Below are positions 19,344 to 28,006 of a stretch of 64,000 nt of DNA, piece after piece. The notes under the pieces were generated by a model. It searched no databases. It worked only from the letters and a program-made list of their open reading frames with translations, and had not been told where the DNA came from. Origin of the DNA: Promethearchaeota archaeon (GTDB taxonomy: Archaea > Asgardarchaeota > Lokiarchaeia > Sigyniarchaeales > SOKP01); the NCBI GenBank assembly GCA_019057795.1, contig JAHLWS010000043.1, positions 13,746 to 77,745 of the forward strand. Direction: 5' to 3'. The translations under genes were made by a program, and so were the position numbers. Numbering within the stretch: position 1 is the stretch's first letter; each line of letters begins with the position of its first letter.

Positions 19344-20012
19344 TTAAAAGTCTGCTAATGGGATATTTCCATTGTAAAATATCGTTTTCCCATCAAAACT
19401 GAGTTGTACTACAAAGATTTTTATGTTTTTCTTTCTCGCTTCAGATAATTTATTGAAAAATTTTGGATCAGTTTCAAAATTCGGTTTGAATTTAGAAGCT
19501 TTACGAAACACTAAAAAAAGAAGCATCCCATTATTGTCGATAATTTCTTGTAAATGTCTAGTTCCACGTTCGGTAGGAGCGTCTGGAAACAAGGCTAGAT
19601 CTTCTTTTACGAGGGTAACTCCCTTTACTTCTAACGGTACTCCATCTAAAACGAAATCTATCCTGCTTTTACCAATCTGAACTTCTTTCCTTATTTCTTT
19701 AACTTTTGAAATTTCTGGTAAGTGTGGAAAAACTCTAAGTGCGATTTTAGAATGAAGTGCAGTATCAATTAAGATCCATTCATTTTGATGCTTTACAGCT
19801 TTTACATAGTAATCTAATTTACCACGAGAATCAGTGAACAAAACTTCTTTCCCCTTAATTAGCAACTCTTTTAGACGCCCAGGATCGTGGATATGACCTA
19901 ATTTTATTTCATTTTTGTATTTGATTTCACTTACAAAGCGATTAGGTCGAGTTAAAAAGATTCCTTTACTGAGATTGGGGATTTCAAAAAGTGGTATTTT
20001 TATGTTATTCAT
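19344..20012 (-). CDS. sfsA: Sugar fermentation stimulation protein A (PD-(D/E)XK nuclease fold)
   Basis: RPNRF, HDPGRLKEL, SRIDF, EVKGVTL, FPDAPTERGTRHL. Confidence 0.93.
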   Translation of the reverse strand: MNNIKIPLFEIPNLSKGIFLTRPNRFVSEIKYKNEIKLGHIHDPGRLKELLIKGKEVLFTDSRGKLDYYVKAVKHQNEWILIDTALHSKIALRVFPHLPEISKVKEIRKEVQIGKSRIDFVLDGVPLEVKGVTLVKEDLALFPDAPTERGTRHLQEIIDNNGMLLFLVFRKASKFKPNFETDPKFFNKLSEARKKNIKIFVVQLSFDGKTIFYNGNIPLADF

Positions 20013-20127
20013 ACTAAAACCACACGTTATTGCGTTAATCTAATTAGGTTTATTTTAATTTAACTTAAAATAATTCCATTATATAATATAAACTATAGAG
20101 ATAAAAGGAGTTTTATTTTAAATTATC

Positions 20128-20370
20128 ATGATGAACGACGCACAAGATCATAGTAAAATTGTTAGTTATAAGTTCCATCATATTGATATTAACAAATGTA
20201 AGATTTGTAAAGAATTTTCTTGTGAGGAGGCATGTTTTAGAGGAATTTATGAAGTTGTGAACAAAACCTCTGAGCCTCAATGTATCGTTATTGAAGATCG
20301 AGAAGATAACTGCATTAAATGTCATATTTGCACAACTGCATGTAAATTAAGGGCGATAACGATTGATTAA
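20128..20370 (+). CDS. Small 4Fe-4S ferredoxin
   Basis: CKIC-x4-C-x3-C and CIKCHICTTAC. Confidence 0.85.
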   Translation: MMNDAQDHSKIVSYKFHHIDINKCKICKEFSCEEACFRGIYEVVNKTSEPQCIVIEDREDNCIKCHICTTACKLRAITID

Positions 20371-20534
20371 CTGATCATAAATTTAGTTACCATTATTTTT
20401 TGGAATTTTGTTTTTTTAAATTGGCATTTCAAGTTATAGCTTCTGAATTTTTCGCACAATTTATAAAATATAAGTATTAATTTGAAAAATTATTATAAAA
20501 ATATAAGAATAAAAAATGTTTTTAGTGAAAAAAC

Positions 20535-21086
20535 ATGATATCAGAAAAATTAAAGCTTGATGACATCGATCGTCAAATCATAACATTAGTACAGGACGAT
20601 CCAAACCTTACACACACTCAAATTGCTGAAAAAATAAATCGGTCTCAACCTACTGTTGGGATGAGAATAAAAAAGCTCGAGAGAGAAGGAATTCTGCAAT
20701 TCCAGCCAGGAATTAATTTTAAGAAGGTAGATTTGTTCCTAGCTACCGTAGAAATTAATACAAAGCGCCCAAATGTAATACTTGAAATGGCGAAATTTTG
20801 TCCTTTCATGCTGAACGCCTTTAGATTAAGCGGGGATCACAACATTATGATTTTACTTGCGAGTTCTAAATTGGATAAATTAGATAACATCGTAAATTAC
20901 CATTTTAGACGTAATCCCGATGTCAATTCAGTCTCGATGGAATTAGTTACTGAGATTGCTAAAGATTTTATATTACCGATCGATTTCGACAGCGAAGAGC
21001 ATTCTCCAACGCTGGAAGAAGGGTGCGGTGACAAATGCAAATATAAGATAGCACAATTAAACGGATTAGCAGATAAAATAGAGTAA
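20535..21086 (+). CDS. Lrp/AsnC transcriptional regulator
   Basis: LDDIDRQII...IAEKINRSQPTVGMRIKKLE HTH; RAM domain LSGDHN. Confidence 0.92.
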   Translation: MISEKLKLDDIDRQIITLVQDDPNLTHTQIAEKINRSQPTVGMRIKKLEREGILQFQPGINFKKVDLFLATVEINTKRPNVILEMAKFCPFMLNAFRLSGDHNIMILLASSKLDKLDNIVNYHFRRNPDVNSVSMELVTEIAKDFILPIDFDSEEHSPTLEEGCGDKCKYKIAQLNGLADKIE

Positions 21087-21107
21087 AAATTCGTTTTGAA
21101 TTACTAA

Positions 21108-21677
21108 TTAGTCTTCTTCTTCTACTTTTGTAAATTTATATTTAGGAAGATTTACATTTAAATTACAATCAGGACCACAAATATTTGAATAGTAATCAAA
21201 CTTTTCTATTTGAAAATCAATTGGAACTACAAAATCATGTACAGAATCTATTAAAATATTGGTTTTTACATTAATAACATTTGGATCTTTTCTAAAACAT
21301 AGATCAACTAACTTTTCGATGGTTTGGAGATCGGAGGCAGCAACAAAGCATAATAAATTAAATTCACCCGAGATTTTGAAGGCATGATTGACAAAAGGGC
21401 AGTTTTCAATTTTAGTTACAATAGATTCCACATCTTTAGTTGAGACAAAAACAAGAGCAACCTTAATATCTACTTTCTTAATGTTGAAGCCTACAATTCT
21501 TGTGAGCAACCCTTTGCGCTCTAACTTAATAATTCGAGCCCCTACTGCAGGTTGGGATTTTTCTATTTCTTGAGCAATTTTAGAATGGGTTATATCTGGT
21601 TGCTTCTCAATTAGTTCAATGATTTTATAATCGTCGTCGTCAATACCTAAAATTTCTTTAAAAGTTTTTTTTATCAT
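21108..21677 (-). CDS. Lrp/AsnC transcriptional regulator (convergent paralog)
   Basis: IAQEIEKSQPAVGARIIKLE; ISGEFN. Confidence 0.92.
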   Translation of the reverse strand: MIKKTFKEILGIDDDDYKIIELIEKQPDITHSKIAQEIEKSQPAVGARIIKLERKGLLTRIVGFNIKKVDIKVALVFVSTKDVESIVTKIENCPFVNHAFKISGEFNLLCFVAASDLQTIEKLVDLCFRKDPNVINVKTNILIDSVHDFVVPIDFQIEKFDYYSNICGPDCNLNVNLPKYKFTKVEEED

Positions 21678-21761
21678 AGTCTTATTCCTAGAGAAGCTAT
21701 TGAAATTTAAATTTTGTTTCTATGAAATTAAAATTTATTTACATTTTAGCTTAAATTTTTT

Positions 21762-22724
21762 TTATAATAAACTTGTGAAAAGATTTATAATAAAAATAAC
21801 CACAGTGAAGCCAACAAATCCAATTAAAAAGTATAAAGGCTTTCCTTTTTCTTTTTCAGGAATAACTTCTCGTACAATAGTATATAGTATCACTCCCGAA
21901 ATAAACGAATATAAGATATAGAACATCTCTGTATATTCAAAAAGTATTAAATCTAAACCTATTCCGATTATAATGCCTATTAAATTAGCAAAAGCTAGGA
22001 TGTATTTTCTTTTAATATTATCTTCAAAATTAAAAGTTTCATAAATTTCCAAATCAGTAAATATGAGATGACTTTCCGATCTGTTTGTAATAATTGCTCT
22101 AAACCAAGCAAATAAGAAAAATAATATACCCGTAATTAAATTAATAGCTAATAGACCAACTACAATAATCCCTACGAGAAAATGATAAGTGAAGTTGGTA
22201 AAAAATCGAAGTTTGGCTAATTCTTCGTTAATATGCTTCTGAATCTTTGATTTATAACGATTGATCTCGGTTTTAAATTCTTGTTCCTGTTCATTTAGGG
22301 CAGATATAGTTTGAGCGATGTCTTTCAGAGCTATAGTATCTAGATCTTCCTGTTCTAATTCTCTTGTTAATATTTTTTCGATATTTCTTTCCACTTCTTC
22401 TAAGGTCTTTTCCTTTGCGATTAATTTTCGCATCCTTTTTTGCGATTTAGATTCCACTTTTTGTAAAATTAATTTTTCAGAAACATGAACGAATACAAAA
22501 CCAATTACGACAAAGAGATATTCAAAAAGTTTGAGATCTAAAGGAAATTGAGGAATATTTTCTGCGATTTCTGGAAGAAGGACTAAGAAGAAGTAAGCAA
22601 TAGAGATTCCGGCAATTAAGGATATATCAAGTTTAGGATGTTTTCGTTGGTAAAAATCTGCAATGAAAAAAAGAACGCCAAAAATTATCGAAATAACTGC
22701 TAAAATTGCAAAACTAATTGTCAT
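21762..22724 (-). CDS. ZIP-fold-like membrane protein with inserted coiled coil
   Basis: AGISIAYFFLVLLPE and SGVILYTIVREVIP are ZIP-like TM motifs; long charged helical insert. Confidence 0.65.
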   Translation of the reverse strand: MTISFAILAVISIIFGVLFFIADFYQRKHPKLDISLIAGISIAYFFLVLLPEIAENIPQFPLDLKLFEYLFVVIGFVFVHVSEKLILQKVESKSQKRMRKLIAKEKTLEEVERNIEKILTRELEQEDLDTIALKDIAQTISALNEQEQEFKTEINRYKSKIQKHINEELAKLRFFTNFTYHFLVGIIVVGLLAINLITGILFFLFAWFRAIITNRSESHLIFTDLEIYETFNFEDNIKRKYILAFANLIGIIIGIGLDLILFEYTEMFYILYSFISGVILYTIVREVIPEKEKGKPLYFLIGFVGFTVVIFIINLFTSLL

Positions 22725-22889
22725 TACATATTTTAATATAGTTACAATTTTTAAAGTTTTTAGAATTAAATTATAAAATTATTTATTTCTTGCGAATTTT
22801 GTTTATTAAATTAATTAAAGAAATTTATATTTCCATGGTGATTATCAATTCAATTCTTTATTATTACTTCGAAAGAAGACAAAGCTTCC

Positions 22890-23759
22890 ATGAATATGCG
22901 AGAAAAATTGTTAAATTCTAAAATATTCTATTTTAAAGAAACCACTACTATATGGAACGAGAATCCGGTATTTATTTTAGAAGATGTTGCTTTTGAAAAC
23001 GAAAAGGATGAATTCCTTAATAATAACCAAATCTATTTAGGTTTGACAGATAAACCATTGATTTTCTTAGAAAATTTGAATTTTATTGATACTAAACTTA
23101 AACCAGATATATTAATTTTTGCAAGCAGACATACCTCAAAAACCGCGCGTCCAGCATTTTTAATCCATAGTACAGGTAATTGGGGTAGTAATTCGGATTT
23201 TGGGGGCAAACCTCGCGATTTATCCAAAACAAGTGCTTTATTTCATAAGGCTGGTTTTGTTTCTTTAAAGGACCAGATCACCCTTATAGATAATCCAAGT
23301 TTTTCTTTGGATATTGAGGTAACTCACCACGGTCCTACCACTTTAGACATACCATTAATTTTTATAGAACTGGGAAGTAGCAAAAAGGAATGGATAATTG
23401 ATGAAGTTGGTGAGCTGGTAGCGAACGCTATAGTTAATTCTATATTTAAATATCTTATTCTTAAAGAAGATAAAAAACAACAAGTAGGTCTTGGGTTTGG
23501 TGGGACTCACTACGCTCCAAATTTTAATAGGTTAATTACTAACAACGATGTAGCAATGTCATTTATTTGTCCAAAATATTACGTTCAAGACTTAGACGAA
23601 AAATTAGTCGAATTGATGATTAATAACACATTAGAAAAAGTTGATTATTTCATAATAGACTGGAAGGGCACGAATTCAGACGATAAAAAACACTTAATTC
23701 CTTTATTGGAGAAGTTCGAAATTCCAATTAAAAAATCTAAAAATTTCTCAACATTTTAA
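22890..23759 (+). CDS. dtdA: Archaeal D-aminoacyl-tRNA deacylase
   Basis: ASRH, HSTGN, EVTHHGP, FIELGS, GFGGTHYAP, IDWKG. Confidence 0.92.
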   Translation: MNMREKLLNSKIFYFKETTTIWNENPVFILEDVAFENEKDEFLNNNQIYLGLTDKPLIFLENLNFIDTKLKPDILIFASRHTSKTARPAFLIHSTGNWGSNSDFGGKPRDLSKTSALFHKAGFVSLKDQITLIDNPSFSLDIEVTHHGPTTLDIPLIFIELGSSKKEWIIDEVGELVANAIVNSIFKYLILKEDKKQQVGLGFGGTHYAPNFNRLITNNDVAMSFICPKYYVQDLDEKLVELMINNTLEKVDYFIIDWKGTNSDDKKHLIPLLEKFEIPIKKSKNFSTF

Positions 23760-23788
23760 AAAAATTGGAATAAAATCAGAGCTTATTA

Positions 23789-24652
23789 CTATTCTTCCTT
23801 TAATTTTTCGTAATATCTTACTAAATTATTAAAAATATAGTGACATGCTAAATAACCTTGTGTAGCCGCTTTTAATAAAACTTTATTCAAGTAATCTGAA
23901 TACTTAAAATCGCCATCCACTGTAACATTTAATTCTCTTACGTTATAATAGCTACGATAAAATAACGTTGGCCAATCTACTAAAGGTCGTATAGTTCGAT
24001 TAAAAGTTATTTTACCTTCTTCAGATAAGTCCAATTCTTGTTGTATGTGATAATAAAGATATCTACCTTTCTTAGTTTTATTAATAAACCCATCTGATAT
24101 TATTTCTTCCATAATCTTTTTCAATTTAGGAAGTTTTAGTTGTATATTAATTTTTTTGAGACTCTCGAGAATTTCTGTGTCTCTTTGACCTTTCAATTTT
24201 ATTAATAAATAAGATCTAGCTAAGATGTTATATTTTAATGGTACAGTTTTATGATCTAACTGGTTATATTGAATTAAATTACCTAAAATTTCTTTTGCAA
24301 CTAAATATTTGAGAGTAATTTGATCCTGCTCAGTAAAACTACTTGTGAAGATATCAGAGTCGTTAAAATAAGAACGATATAACGCGTTTAGCAACGATTT
24401 TATCGAGTTAACCCCGTCTTCAAAGGATAGTTTTACAGTATTTAAAGTCTTAATCCTATAATCAATATCAGTCAAAAATCTTTCTTTTTTCCGTGGAATC
24501 TGGCGAATTAAATGAGGTTTTTCTTTAATGGATTCAAGATTTTCGTCCCATTCTTTTTTAAATCGATAAGATTGGGTTTTCGCGATAGTTGAGAGTTTAT
24601 ATACAACATCGTACAACTTATTTAAGAATACTTCTTCGTTTACATTAGTCAT
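23789..24652 (-). CDS. Hypothetical protein with wHTH-like segment
   Basis: 287 aa; KLKKIMEEIISDGFINKTKKGRYLYY resembles a wHTH wing. Confidence 0.6.
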   Translation of the reverse strand: MTNVNEEVFLNKLYDVVYKLSTIAKTQSYRFKKEWDENLESIKEKPHLIRQIPRKKERFLTDIDYRIKTLNTVKLSFEDGVNSIKSLLNALYRSYFNDSDIFTSSFTEQDQITLKYLVAKEILGNLIQYNQLDHKTVPLKYNILARSYLLIKLKGQRDTEILESLKKINIQLKLPKLKKIMEEIISDGFINKTKKGRYLYYHIQQELDLSEEGKITFNRTIRPLVDWPTLFYRSYYNVRELNVTVDGDFKYSDYLNKVLLKAATQGYLACHYIFNNLVRYYEKLKEE

Positions 24653-24900
24653 CCAAGAATCCCTTAACTTTAGAGCTTCAAATTTTTTTAAAATTAATAA
24701 TTATTAAACTCTAAAAATTATTAAAGTTTCATTTAAAAAAAGTAATATGTTAATAATTGGGTGTTAAAGAATATTTTCTCTAGTTAGTAGGAATTGATTG
24801 TTATTTGAAAAAAATCTAATTTTTTTTAATTAAATTTATCTTATTTATTATATATTGAAGATAATTCAGAAAAATTAAAAGAGTAAAGGCGATTTATAGG

Positions 24901-25281
24901 TTGAAAATTGAACATTTGGCTGTTTCTTCAAATTCCGAAGAAGATAGCGATAATTTTTTTATCAAATTATTGGGATTGAAAAAGTTGAGATCCTTCGTAG
25001 TCTCAAGCGACCTAATGGAACAATTTTTCAAAGTTAAAAAAGAACACACGGTAATCAGGTACGGCAACGAGGAAGTAAGTATTGAAGTATTTATTACTGA
25101 CGATAAAAGTAAAGTTTTAGATAAGTTCACCCATGTGTGTTTAGTAATAGAGGATAGAACTAAACTAATAGATGCGGCAAGGCAAATGAATTACGAAGTA
25201 ATTAAAGTGCCGAGAAAAAACAGCGATGTTTTTTACTTATTTTTAAAAGATAAATTTGGCAATTTATATGAAATTAAATAG
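24901..25281 (+). CDS. VOC/glyoxalase family protein
   Basis: IEHLAV, HVCL, DKFGNLYEI. Confidence 0.85.
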   Translation: MKIEHLAVSSNSEEDSDNFFIKLLGLKKLRSFVVSSDLMEQFFKVKKEHTVIRYGNEEVSIEVFITDDKSKVLDKFTHVCLVIEDRTKLIDAARQMNYEVIKVPRKNSDVFYLFLKDKFGNLYEIK

Positions 25282-25303
25282 TAACAACTTTTTTTAGAGT
25301 GGA

Positions 25304-26116
25304 TTGCTATTTAAAACAAGGAGTGTTTCAATGCCAAAATTGTATAAATTAAAATTAATTTTAGGAGGGGCTCAAAATTCAGGCAAGAGTTCGTTCATAA
25401 ATTGGCATCAAAAAGAAGATACTCCGATTGGTGTTTCATTTGAGTCTGTAAATTGTTACGCCAACGATGGCGATTTATATAAATTTCTTGTCTGGAATTT
25501 AAAAGATCGAGAAAGATTCAGATTTCTTTTCCCAGTTTTTTGTCGAGGTGCGTGTGCGGGATTAATATGTTTTGATTTATCTGATAAAAAATCTTTTTTA
25601 GATTTAAATAGGTGGATCACCCTTTTTCGAGAGAGTGCGGGAGATATTCCCATAATTTTAATTGGAACCAAAGCAGACTTAGAAAAAAGAGAAGTTTCAA
25701 ATGAAGAAATTAATGATCTGATTGCGAGAGAAAGTCTTGAGTGCGCTTTTTTTACATCTATTTCTAATAATTACGAAAATAAAGAAGAAATTTTCAGAGA
25801 AATAGTTCAAAAAATAGATTTAAATTCTCCTCTTAATAATTTTTATATTCCCGAAGAGTTCGATGATAAGAGTTTTAAATTGATAGAAAAATTGTTTGAA
25901 CGATGTCCTATTTGTAAGAAGTTAAATCATAGTAGCACAGGTTTGAAAAACGTCTATTATAACAAACATAACCCCGATACAATGAGATTAAGAGAGAACT
26001 TACTAAGGCTAATTGATAATTTAGAATATATTAATATTGAACATTCTAATAAAATTTCGATTGGAATTCCTTGTTGTGCCTGTTTTAAAAATTTTTTTGA
26101 AGAACAAGAGGCATAA
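25304..26116 (+). CDS. Rab-like small GTPase with C-terminal CxxC...CxxC domain
   Basis: GAQNSGKS, ERFR, IGTKADL; C-terminal CPIC and CCAC. Confidence 0.8.
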   Translation: MLFKTRSVSMPKLYKLKLILGGAQNSGKSSFINWHQKEDTPIGVSFESVNCYANDGDLYKFLVWNLKDRERFRFLFPVFCRGACAGLICFDLSDKKSFLDLNRWITLFRESAGDIPIILIGTKADLEKREVSNEEINDLIARESLECAFFTSISNNYENKEEIFREIVQKIDLNSPLNNFYIPEEFDDKSFKLIEKLFERCPICKKLNHSSTGLKNVYYNKHNPDTMRLRENLLRLIDNLEYINIEHSNKISIGIPCCACFKNFFEEQEA

Positions 26117-26120
26117 TTCT

Positions 26121-26540
26121 CTACTTTTTTAAAATTCCAGATGATTTTATTATGTCTAAGTGATCAAACGCTATTTTTAAGGACGCCAATTTTGATATCG
26201 GAACAATTTCTAAAGCTTGAGCATCGTCTTTTGCCAAGGGTATTTCAGTTTTGGATAAAGGTTCACATAAAAAAGCTATTGAAACCGTGTGGCCTCTCGG
26301 ATCGCGCTTAGGATCTGAAAAAACACCTATAAGTTTAATTAATTTTACATTAATGTTTGTTTCTTCATAAGCTTCTCTAATGCACGCATTTTCTATAGTC
26401 TCGCCTATGTCAACAAACCCTCCTGGCAAAGCTAATTCACCTTTAAAAGGTGGATTTTTTCTACGAATTAGAACAATAGAATTTTGCTGAAATAATATAA
26501 CAGCGTCAACTGTTAGTAATGGAGTTAAGGGTTTTGGCAT
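26121..26540 (-). CDS. Nudix hydrolase (ADP-ribose pyrophosphatase-like)
   Basis: GGFVDIGETIENACIREAYEETN Nudix box; RDPRGH. Confidence 0.92.
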   Translation of the reverse strand: MPKPLTPLLTVDAVILFQQNSIVLIRRKNPPFKGELALPGGFVDIGETIENACIREAYEETNINVKLIKLIGVFSDPKRDPRGHTVSIAFLCEPLSKTEIPLAKDDAQALEIVPISKLASLKIAFDHLDIIKSSGILKK

Positions 26541-26542
26541 AA

Positions 26543-27349
26543 TTAATCATCCCACACGGAAGAGCCTAATAAATGTTCGATACGCGTTCGACGCGGTCTG
26601 ACAAATTTTGTCCGACTTGCTTTTCGCTCTAGAAGTAGAGCTCTTTCGAGATTTGTAGAATTTACCATATGAACTTCTATATCGCCTTTATCCAATATAA
26701 TATGGTTAAAGCTAGGACTATCATCAGCTCGGATTTTTTTAGAAGTGGAAGTACCACAATAAAGAAAAGTCGTTGGACCAATTACATAAGCGTGCGGAAC
26801 GTGTCTATGTCCCATTAATACTAAATCAAGCTCAAATAGTTGAGTAAATTCGAGTAATTCCCCTGCATCTCTCACAGTTGTGAATTTTTGCCCAGATAAA
26901 GGAACAGGAATTAAATGATGATGAAGCGCTAATACTCTATTCTCTAAATTTTTATCGAATTGTCTGCCACACCAATCTAACTGCTCATCTCCACATAATC
27001 CATGAGCGACATCGTCTCTGGCAGTGCAGATTCCAACGATTAAAGTGTCTTTATCGTCAATGATTAATCTTGATCTTCTAGGACCAATAAGTTTTTCAAA
27101 AAAGATTATTCCGCTATTCTTTACATCGTGGTTTCCGGGTACTGCTAGGAATCTTGTGCATTCTCGGATTCTTTTTAGATAAGGTAATACTCCTTTAAAT
27201 TGAGAAATTCTTCCTTTATGAATAAAATCCCCAGTACAAATAACAGCATCAGGCGATGCATCTTCAATGTATTTAATTACATTTTCCATATATTCGGGCA
27301 CAAACTCAGAACCATAGTGCAAATCGCTTATGTGTATGAGATTCACCAT
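26543..27349 (-). CDS. Metallophosphoesterase (calcineurin-like)
   Basis: DLH, GD, GNHD, HH, GHRH. Confidence 0.92.
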   Translation of the reverse strand: MVNLIHISDLHYGSEFVPEYMENVIKYIEDASPDAVICTGDFIHKGRISQFKGVLPYLKRIRECTRFLAVPGNHDVKNSGIIFFEKLIGPRRSRLIIDDKDTLIVGICTARDDVAHGLCGDEQLDWCGRQFDKNLENRVLALHHHLIPVPLSGQKFTTVRDAGELLEFTQLFELDLVLMGHRHVPHAYVIGPTTFLYCGTSTSKKIRADDSPSFNHIILDKGDIEVHMVNSTNLERALLLERKASRTKFVRPRRTRIEHLLGSSVWDD

Positions 27350-27478
27350 GTTAACATAACAACTCTTACTTTAGATTATTTTTATATAATCTTAATGCAC
27401 ATTAAATTTTAAATTATATTAAAGAAATTTTTGTACAAAATTTAGAATAAAATAAAAGTTCATACTAATGTACTTTTT

Positions 27479-27640
27479 TTACACATATACTTCTCTATTA
27501 AAAATATTATTGACTTTTCGAATTTGAGATATTTCGTTAAGAATTTGTTTATCTCTACAGTCGACACAAATATTTTTAATCTTAAGCCATCTTATTTGCC
27601 CACATTCGGGGCATTTAAACTTTTTAAAAACTATTTTCAT
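27479..27640 (-). CDS. Small zinc-ribbon protein (53 aa)
   Basis: MKIVFKKFKCPECGQIRWLKIKNICVDCRDK...; AGGTGA SD upstream. Confidence 0.65.
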   Translation of the reverse strand: MKIVFKKFKCPECGQIRWLKIKNICVDCRDKQILNEISQIRKVNNIFNREVYV

Positions 27641-27654
27641 ATTAAATTTCACCT

Positions 27655-27837
27655 TTAAATTCTATTATATTTTAAGATTTTAACTACATCTAGATTAATC
27701 AGGTCAAGAATGTAATCAATAGATTTCTCAAGCGGTGTTTGTGATAAACCGCTTTTACGTCTTAAATTATCGTCTTTTTCTTCTTTAAAATCTATTAAAA
27801 TCTCTTCTAACATTTTATTATTCATTATTTTCTTCAA
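27655..27837 (-). CDS. Small hypothetical protein
   Basis: 60 aa ORF in tandem with neighbours; no motif. Confidence 0.35.
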   Translation of the reverse strand: MKKIMNNKMLEEILIDFKEEKDDNLRRKSGLSQTPLEKSIDYILDLINLDVVKILKYNRI

Positions 27838-28006
27838 CTTAAATAAAATAAGGATATAATCAATTATAAGAGATTTCGACGTAGTATATAGATTCTATAT
27901 AGATAAAAGATATAAGTTTAAATTAGAAAAAAGCGGATTTTGTAAAATTTTATGTTTGCCTATATATTCAATCGTTAAAAAAATACAGTTTTATTCTGTA
28001 TCCAAT

